Assembly (NCBI GenBank): GCA_937873535.1
Contig: CALMYA010000035.1
Location: forward strand, 1 to 38,954
From: an uncultured bacterium
GTDB lineage: Bacteria > Patescibacteriota > Minisyncoccia > Phycocordibacterales > CAIZLB01
Direction: 5' to 3'
DNA: 38,954 nt
This document shows, piece by piece, positions 33,913 to 38,954 of this stretch. The notes under the pieces were generated by a model. That model saw nothing but the letters and a program-made list of their open reading frames with translations. It ran no database searches and had not been told where the DNA came from. The position numbers and the translations under genes were made by a program. How positions within the stretch are numbered: position 1 is the first letter of the stretch; each line of letters begins with the position of its first letter.

Positions 33913-36210
33913 ATGTGCGGCATTGCAGGAATAATCGGAAAACCGGAAAAGACAAAAGAGGTCATCGAACGGATGGTCGACATAATAACTCACCGCGGCC
34001 CTGACGATCGCGGCGTACTTGTCGAAGAGAGCTTCGCTTTCGGCATGCGCAGGCTTTCAATTATAGACATAAACCGGGGTCATCAACCTATTTCAAATGA
34101 AGACGGAACAGTTACTGTAGTTTTTAACGGCGAAATTTATAACCACAGAGAACTTCGGCCAAACCTCATAGCCCTCGGCCATCATTTTAAAACAGATAGC
34201 GACACCGAAGGCCTCGTTCACTTGTATGAACAATACGGCCACGACATGCTACGCAAACTTCGCGGCATGTTCGGCTTTTGCATATTCGATAGAGGCAGGA
34301 ACCAGTTGTTTATCGCTCGCGATTTCTTTGGAATTAAGCCAATATATTATCGCGTAGTAGACGGCACATGCATCGGTTTCGCTTCCGAAATAAAAAGCCT
34401 GCTCGAAGACCATTCCTATAAAAAAAGCGTAAACGATGCGGCTGTTTACAACTATTTGGCATATCAGTACAACCCGCTTGAAGAAACCATGTTTAAGGGC
34501 ATTTATAAGCTTTTGCCCGGCCATTATATGGTCATTAATTTGGAAGACGGCTCGTACACCACAGAACCTTATTGGCATTATCATTTCGATGACAAGGCGG
34601 CAAAGAAAGGCATCAAAGACAAAAATCTTCTTGCGGAAGAATACGTGCAAAGCAAGGTGCAAAGCGAAAGCTATGAACAAGAACTGGCGAAAGAAGTGCG
34701 CAAGGTAGTTGAAGACTCAGTTGAGCATCACCTTATAAGCGATGTACCCGTCGGCTCATTTCTTTCCGGCGGGGTAGACAGCGGTATCATCGTCACCACC
34801 ATGCAGAACTTGCGCAAGAAGGCCAATACTGCGCCGGTTTCAACATTCACTATAGGATTTAAACACGTGAGCGAACACAGCGAGGCGCGGCAAGTGGCTG
34901 AAAATGTCGGTTCAGACCATAACGAAATAACTGTAGACTTTGACGAATACTTCAACGAACTGCCTAAAATTGCCTGGCATTTCGACGAGCCCGTTGCCGA
35001 CCCATCAGCCGTTGCATTGTATTTCTTGGCGCGCGAAGCGCGTAAGAAAGTCAAAGTGGTGCTTTCTGGCGAAGGCGCCGACGAGCTCTTCGGCGGCTAC
35101 AATATTTACCGCGAGCCGTTCGACCTTGCCCATGTTTCAAAATTTTCCTCAGTTTTCAAAACTATTTTTATCAAACCGCTCACAAAAATTCCTTTGCCGT
35201 TTTTTGGAAAAAATTATTTGAGCCGTGCACTCATGAGCGTCGAGGAACGCTACATAGGCAACGCGCATATCTTCAGGCCTGCTGAGCAAGAAAAGATATG
35301 GGCCGGCCCTAAGCAGGAACGCTTCAGCCTCAAGTCGTACTACAGCGCAGTTAAGAACGAAACCGACTCCCGCAAAATGCAGTATATAGACATCAACTTC
35401 TGGCTTCCTGGCGACATTCTGGCCAAAGCCGACAAGATGACCATGGCGCATTCACTTGAACTTCGCGTGCCGTTTCTCGACGTCGAAGTCGGCCGGATTT
35501 CCGCTAAAATTCCCGACTATCTGAAATACAAGGAAGGGAAGACCAAGTACATCCTGCGAAAGGCTTTTGAATCTATATTGCCGGCTGAAACTGCCGCGAG
35601 AAAGAAACTAGGCTTTCCGACACCGCTTCGTTTATGGCTCAAGGAACGTCCTGAAGAAATTATGGATATTATTCGAAAAAATTCTTATATACAGAAAAAA
35701 TTCGACATGGATGCCGTCGAGACCCTCATGATTTCTCATCGGCGGGGAAGAGCCGACAATTCAAGAAAGCTTTACATCCTTCTCATGCTGGCCTTGTGGT
35801 ATAATGTTTACATGAAAAGCTCTTCAGGTTACGGAATAAGCGCGCATGCTGAACATTCATCTGATGCATTGGGCGCACATGCCGGCTCCTCAAATCCTCT
35901 AATTAAAAAAACTAGCAGGGAAGACTCCCCTGCTAAAAGCCGCGAAAGGCATTCGGTAAAGATAAGCCGAAAACTAGGTCAACATGGGTCTCATGGGCAT
36001 CATAGCTCCCAAAAAGGCTTTCTTGAGCTTATAGTCGTGGTCATAATTGCTTTGGTTCTTCTTCATGTGCTTGGCATCGACATTAGAGATATTTTGGCAA
36101 AACCTTGGGTAAAAGAATTCGCCGTTTTCATATGGAATCTTTTAAAACTAGTTTGGGCAGATATTCTACAGATTGTAGCGTTCGTTAAAGACTTGGTGGC
36201 CTCAAATTAG
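33913..36210 (+). CDS. asnB: Asparagine synthase (glutamine-hydrolysing) with a ~130-aa C-terminal His/Ser-rich linker and hydrophobic tail
   Basis: MCGIAGIIG (Ntn Cys2), SGGVDSG PP-loop, and the canonical end ...LYILLMLALWYNVYM. The ORF then continues in frame through GSHGHHSS and ELIVVVIIALVLLHVLGI. Confidence 0.88.
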   Translation: MCGIAGIIGKPEKTKEVIERMVDIITHRGPDDRGVLVEESFAFGMRRLSIIDINRGHQPISNEDGTVTVVFNGEIYNHRELRPNLIALGHHFKTDSDTEGLVHLYEQYGHDMLRKLRGMFGFCIFDRGRNQLFIARDFFGIKPIYYRVVDGTCIGFASEIKSLLEDHSYKKSVNDAAVYNYLAYQYNPLEETMFKGIYKLLPGHYMVINLEDGSYTTEPYWHYHFDDKAAKKGIKDKNLLAEEYVQSKVQSESYEQELAKEVRKVVEDSVEHHLISDVPVGSFLSGGVDSGIIVTTMQNLRKKANTAPVSTFTIGFKHVSEHSEARQVAENVGSDHNEITVDFDEYFNELPKIAWHFDEPVADPSAVALYFLAREARKKVKVVLSGEGADELFGGYNIYREPFDLAHVSKFSSVFKTIFIKPLTKIPLPFFGKNYLSRALMSVEERYIGNAHIFRPAEQEKIWAGPKQERFSLKSYYSAVKNETDSRKMQYIDINFWLPGDILAKADKMTMAHSLELRVPFLDVEVGRISAKIPDYLKYKEGKTKYILRKAFESILPAETAARKKLGFPTPLRLWLKERPEEIMDIIRKNSYIQKKFDMDAVETLMISHRRGRADNSRKLYILLMLALWYNVYMKSSSGYGISAHAEHSSDALGAHAGSSNPLIKKTSREDSPAKSRERHSVKISRKLGQHGSHGHHSSQKGFLELIVVVIIALVLLHVLGIDIRDILAKPWVKEFAVFIWNLLKLVWADILQIVAFVKDLVASN

Positions 36211-36249
36211 CCTGTGCTTAGCCTGTGCACAGGCAGGGTAGAGTTTTTC
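36210..36249 (+). terminator. Possible asnB terminator built on an 11-bp tandem duplication
   Basis: TTAGCCTGTGC occurs twice in tandem, followed by ACAGGC. GCCTGTGC/GCACAGGC can pair. The T-run begins only 9 nt after the stem. Confidence 0.4.
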
Positions 36250-36292
36250 TATAAATAAGGCGTATACTTTATATTGAAGGAGGAATTAGTTC

Positions 36293-36436
36293 ATGGGTAC
36301 GCTAAGGATGTTCATCAGAATCGTATGCAGCCACTGCGGTACCGTCATCCATTTCGGTCAAATATGGATACAAAAAGGCAAAAAAGATTTCTGCTCGGAT
36401 GGCTGCAGCGACAAATCAAACAAGAAAGGCAATTAG
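36293..36436 (+). CDS. TRASH/YHS-like zinc-ribbon miniprotein (47 aa), absent from the ORF track
   Basis: GAAGGAGG lies 8 nt before ATG 36293. Translation is MGTLRMFIRIVCSHCGTVIHFGQIWIQKGKKDFCSDGCSDKSNKKGN (CxxC...FCSxxC). A strong terminator follows. Confidence 0.65.
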   Translation: MGTLRMFIRIVCSHCGTVIHFGQIWIQKGKKDFCSDGCSDKSNKKGN

Positions 36437-36442
36437 CGCCAA

Positions 36443-36482
36443 CCCCCGGTTTCCAACAAAGGAGCCGGGGGATTGTTGTTTT
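36443..36482 (+). terminator. Rho-independent terminator
   Basis: CCCCCGG-N15-CCGGGGG followed by ATTGTTGTTTT. Confidence 0.75.
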
Positions 36483-36674
36483 AAAGAGGACCCAAGGTAG
36501 CTATAGCGTATTGTCGCAAAAGATATATTCTGCGACATGCCTATAAGGGCGGCCGGGGGGCAAAACCCCTTCTTCCCTACAGACCTTCAACTCATATCCG
36601 AGGTTTAAAGTTATCAACATATCTTTTTAAAAAATGCATCTTAAAATTTTAATTTGATTCACTAAAATAAAATC

Positions 36675-37304
36675 GTGGCAAAAGTTAAATGCGATTTTAA
36701 TACTGTAAAAAATGGCTTCGAAAGATTTTATCGTGAAAACGGCAGGCATCCGTCTGTGTTCGATATTGATTCATGTCTCTACCTGCCCTCTTCTAGGCAA
36801 ATCCAAAGAATCTGGCCTGGAGGAGTCAAAGAAGTGCGCAAGCTATTAGGTATAGAAATTACAGACTTTACTACAGGAAACACAAGGTCCACCGTCGCAA
36901 GAAATATGAGCAAGCGGGGTCGTGAGATAGAAAGGCAAGTTCAAGCGATGCTTGTAAGTAAATTTGGTGAGGTCTTTGTTCATGAGCAAAAGCCTTTTGA
37001 TGACTATTCCGGAAGATTTGACTTTGTCGTCTACTCTAAAACTAATAAGTTTGCTGTTGATGTTTTTTACGCAACAGATAAAGCTAGCTTTACGGGTTGC
37101 TTAAACAGTAAGATAAACACATACAGAAAAATTACATTCCCTGTTTATCTACTGCAGGTAAATACCGACATATTCAGTGCCTTCAACGTTAATAGCTTTA
37201 TTGCCAGAAAGAGAAATACGCTGCCCGCGCATATTACATTACTTTCTTTAGAGGATTTCCAATCATTTATTACATCAATGGATGCGTACTCTTTTAAACT
37301 TTAG
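36675..37304 (+). CDS. Hypothetical protein, possible restriction-endonuclease-like (PD-(D/E)xK / Vsr-DUF559-like) fold
   Basis: GREIERQVQAML...GRFDFVVYSKTNKFAVDVFY resembles an E...D...(D/E)x core. The N-terminal GFERFYRENGRHPSVFDID resembles homing-endonuclease-associated repeats. GTG start lies 6 nt after TAAAAT. Assignment is by eye only. Confidence 0.45.
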   Translation: MAKVKCDFNTVKNGFERFYRENGRHPSVFDIDSCLYLPSSRQIQRIWPGGVKEVRKLLGIEITDFTTGNTRSTVARNMSKRGREIERQVQAMLVSKFGEVFVHEQKPFDDYSGRFDFVVYSKTNKFAVDVFYATDKASFTGCLNSKINTYRKITFPVYLLQVNTDIFSAFNVNSFIARKRNTLPAHITLLSLEDFQSFITSMDAYSFKL

Positions 37305-37326
37305 CCTTCTACCCTTCCTTACAACA

Positions 37327-37363
37327 CAAAAACCGCACCTACATTTCGTAGGTGCGGTTTTTG
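37327..37363. terminator. Bidirectional rho-independent terminator
   Basis: AAAAACCGCACCTAC-atttc-GTAGGTGCGGTTTTT, sitting between convergent genes. Confidence 0.8.
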
Positions 37364-37428
37364 TATATCTTGTTTGTGCTTATCTTTTCTAGTGATTTAG
37401 CGATACCTAGAACCTTAGTGGCTCTATT

Positions 37429-37959
37429 TTACTTCTCGGCCAATTTGGCGCCGGAGCTGAACATTGCCTTGGCAACGTCAGATTTGATCCAGCAAGGGCG
37501 AGACGAGACCCATGGCGCTGTTCCCTCTTCTGTATAAAGAAGACGGGCGTATGACATGTTTCCGTCTAGCGTTCGAAGGTCAACATTGAGCTTAGAGGCA
37601 CGCTTGCCGTGATAGTAGTCGTTGACCTGCATGACGCCGAGGTCTTTGCTGTTAACCACGCCGCGAAAGACAGTTCCGTCGGCATTGAACTGTCTGTACT
37701 GAGATTCGCACTTGGCGATTTCAGCCATGATAGGAAGGTCTGAGAAATATTCTCGTACCCTGCTTTCAACGTCTTTGTTCAAACTGGTCTTTTTTGAAAC
37801 AGTTTTAGCAGTAGATGTTGCAGTTGTAGCGACCGTTGTCGTGGCAGCCACCGTAGTGGTTGCCGCCGATGTTGTTCCTGTTTCTGCCTTGGCTTCGTAG
37901 TTCTGACCTGACATTGTCTGAATGTCTGTGAGCCCTGATGCGAGCCCGGATGTTAGCAT
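37429..37959 (-). CDS. Lysozyme-like / SLT-type lytic transglycosylase domain protein with a Thr/Ala/Val-rich linker
   Basis: IAKCESQYRQFNADG...DLGVMQVNDYYH...NMSYARLLYTEEGTAPW (catalytic E-S, then GxMQxN). The N-terminal boundary is uncertain (see findings). Confidence 0.8.
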   Translation of the reverse strand: MLTSGLASGLTDIQTMSGQNYEAKAETGTTSAATTTVAATTTVATTATSTAKTVSKKTSLNKDVESRVREYFSDLPIMAEIAKCESQYRQFNADGTVFRGVVNSKDLGVMQVNDYYHGKRASKLNVDLRTLDGNMSYARLLYTEEGTAPWVSSRPCWIKSDVAKAMFSSGAKLAEK

Positions 37960-38008
37960 TGCGAGACCGATAGTGAATTGTAAGATAAGCCTTTTCTAAG
38001 CTGGTAAT

Positions 38009-38121
38009 ACGCGTGTCGATGACGGGCTGGCCTTTACAGAGCGCCTGGATAAACTCTTAAGCTTGTTCCCTTTCGGGTACTCGCCCTGTTTCTCGCGGGT
38101 CTGACTGGCCTTTCGACGCGT
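38009..38121 (-). promoter_or_regulatory. GC-rich structured leader upstream of the transglycosylase gene (candidate cis-regulatory RNA, class unassigned)
   Basis: On the minus strand, ACGCGTCGA (38113-38121) pairs with TCGAC-AC-GCGT (38009-38019). Inside are a CCC-GAAA-GGG hairpin and two direct copies of AAAGGCCAG...CCCG. The region is clearly more GC-rich than its AT-rich surroundings. Confidence 0.4.
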
Positions 38122-38130
38122 TTGCACAAA

Positions 38131-38155
38131 TTAAAAAAGCACAAGATATGTGCTT
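38131..38155 (-). terminator. Minus-strand terminator upstream of the leader
   Basis: The minus strand reads AGCACA-tatct-TGTGCT followed by TTTTTT. Confidence 0.55.
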
Positions 38156-38527
38156 TATGCCCATATGCTAGCATATTTAGACCCCCAAAGTCAACCATCT
38201 TTCTTAAAAATGGGGATATCGTTTGATTATTATATGGCTTATTATATAGATATTCTCGCTTATATACCCTTCACAAATACATACTTATATTGTACTATTT
38301 TTAGCATGTCTAACTTTCTTCATGCTTCCCTCACCCGCTACCCTGCCGAGTCTGTCTTTTGACCTGATTCTGCCACGTTTTCACACATAATTTCTACCGG
38401 TTTTGCTGCTTTATATGTTGAAATTGCCCAAAAATTCATGGCAAAACAGCAAAGTGACAGGAATAATGATAGCCAGCAGACAAAATACGATAAGCTGGGT
38501 AAATTGCCGCTCTTTGGGCTATCGGTC

Positions 38528-38556
38528 TTGAAATTTATAGGCATGTCGTGTATACT
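38528..38556 (+). promoter_or_regulatory. Near-consensus promoter TTGAAA-N17-TATACT in an AT-rich gap
   Basis: TTGAAA at 38528-38533 and TATACT at 38551-38556. It lies ~125 nt upstream of rpmA, which also has its own TAATAT 6 nt before the ATG. Confidence 0.45.
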
Positions 38557-38683
38557 CGCTAAGTTACTAAAGGGCCCCTCAGGGCTATTCCAAAGGCTAC
38601 CAAAGCCGCATGAAGACAACTTCAATTTAGTCTCAAATTTAAGTAAAACTTACATAAACCCTAAAACCTCTTAATATAATTCC

Positions 38684-38954
38684 ATGGCAACCAAAAAAGC
38701 AGCCGGCTCCGCAAAAAACCTCCGCGACTCAAATCCTAAGTATTTGGGTATCAAGCTCTACGCCGGCGAAAGAGCATCTTCAGGCTCCATCATTGTCCGC
38801 CAGCGCGGCACGGTAGTTCTTGCAGGCAAGAACGTCAGCATGGGCAAAGACCACACTCTCTACGCTGCCAAAGAAGGCCTCGTAAAGTTTGGTAAGAAAC
38901 GAGTTATCGGTTTTGATAACCGAATTGCTTCGAAGAAAGTTGTTTCTGTAGAGT
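38684..38954 (+). CDS. rpmA: 50S ribosomal protein L27, running to the window edge (3' partial)
   Basis: [61 protein letters not shown] matches the L27 consensus. No stop codon before nt 38954. Confidence 0.9.
   Translation, partial: MATKKAAGSAKNLRDSNPKYLGIKLYAGERASSGSIIVRQRGTVVLAGKNVSMGKDHTLYAAKEGLVKFGKKRVIGFDNRIASKKVVSVE

Noticed and set aside
36274-36546. Track ORF of 90 aa (MKEELVHGYAKDVH...)
   Set aside because: It has a non-ATG start with no SD or -10 context and runs through a clear terminator hairpin (36443-36482). The overlapping 47-aa frame has a strong SD, a zinc-ribbon motif and ends just before the terminator.
38009-38121. GC-rich leader as SRP (4.5S) RNA or a cobalamin riboswitch
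   Set aside because: CCCGAAAGGGAACAAGC superficially resembles the SRP domain IV CCGGAAGGAAGCAGC, and AAAGGGAAC resembles the cobalamin core. However, the invariant SRP AGCA/GGAA elements are absent, and the B12-box-like GCCAGUCAGACC lies 5' rather than 3' of the core. No call is made without a covariance-model search.
38338-38625. A 95-aa minus-strand ORF and the overlapping 78-aa plus-strand ORF
   Set aside because: They overlap each other, have no SD or leaderless -10 context, and have atypical composition. Left unannotated pending comparative data.
1-38954. CRISPR arrays, rRNA genes, and stop-codon recoding (code 4/25)
   Set aside because: No regularly spaced direct repeats were found. 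No rRNA-like conserved blocks were seen. All conserved genes read through cleanly with the standard code.

Overview
Moderately AT-rich, gene-dense bacterial chromosome segment, almost entirely housekeeping. The short aaRS genes, archaeal-type AspRS, a 775-aa SMC and many fused or extended proteins suggest a streamlined Patescibacteria/CPR-like organism (inference only). Gene order: rnhB (5' partial), small basic ORF, rpmF, nusB-Nudix fusion, rnc, smc, MazF-like, rnr(-), HEAT-like(-), rpsP, orphan(-), hsp20(-), prsW(-), valS(-), tsaD(-), grpB(-), HTH/LAGLIDADG-like(-), an IS481-like IS, tRNA-Glu(-), tRNA-Ser, membrane ORF, orphan, trpS, ABC exporter, aspS, HEAT-like paralog, scpA, scpB, DD-carboxypeptidase, mraY, small membrane ORF, ftsW, antisense orphan, murG, gltX, M23 peptidase, asnB with a membrane tail, TRASH zinc-ribbon miniprotein, nuclease-like ORF, SLT-like lytic transglycosylase(-), rpmA (3' partial). 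No CRISPR array, rRNA, reverse transcriptase or recoded stop codons were seen. The most unusual signal is non-coding: two families of very long, perfectly Watson-Crick palindromes with unrelated arms but a conserved centre. Family A has a ~65-nt core (1530-1688 and 21997-22115). Family B has a 25-nt core GAGCAT-N13-ATGCTC (10389-10465, 29017-29095, and a degenerate copy at 29761-29831). Other points of interest: a hinge-less SMC with a His cluster at the coiled-coil apex; a NusB-Nudix fusion inside an RNA-processing gene neighbourhood; apparently leaderless core genes versus five Shine-Dalgarno-led orphan ORFs; a GC-rich candidate cis-regulatory leader upstream of the transglycosylase; and an AsnB with a C-terminal membrane tail. 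All calls come from reading the sequence and the ORF track. No database searches were run.
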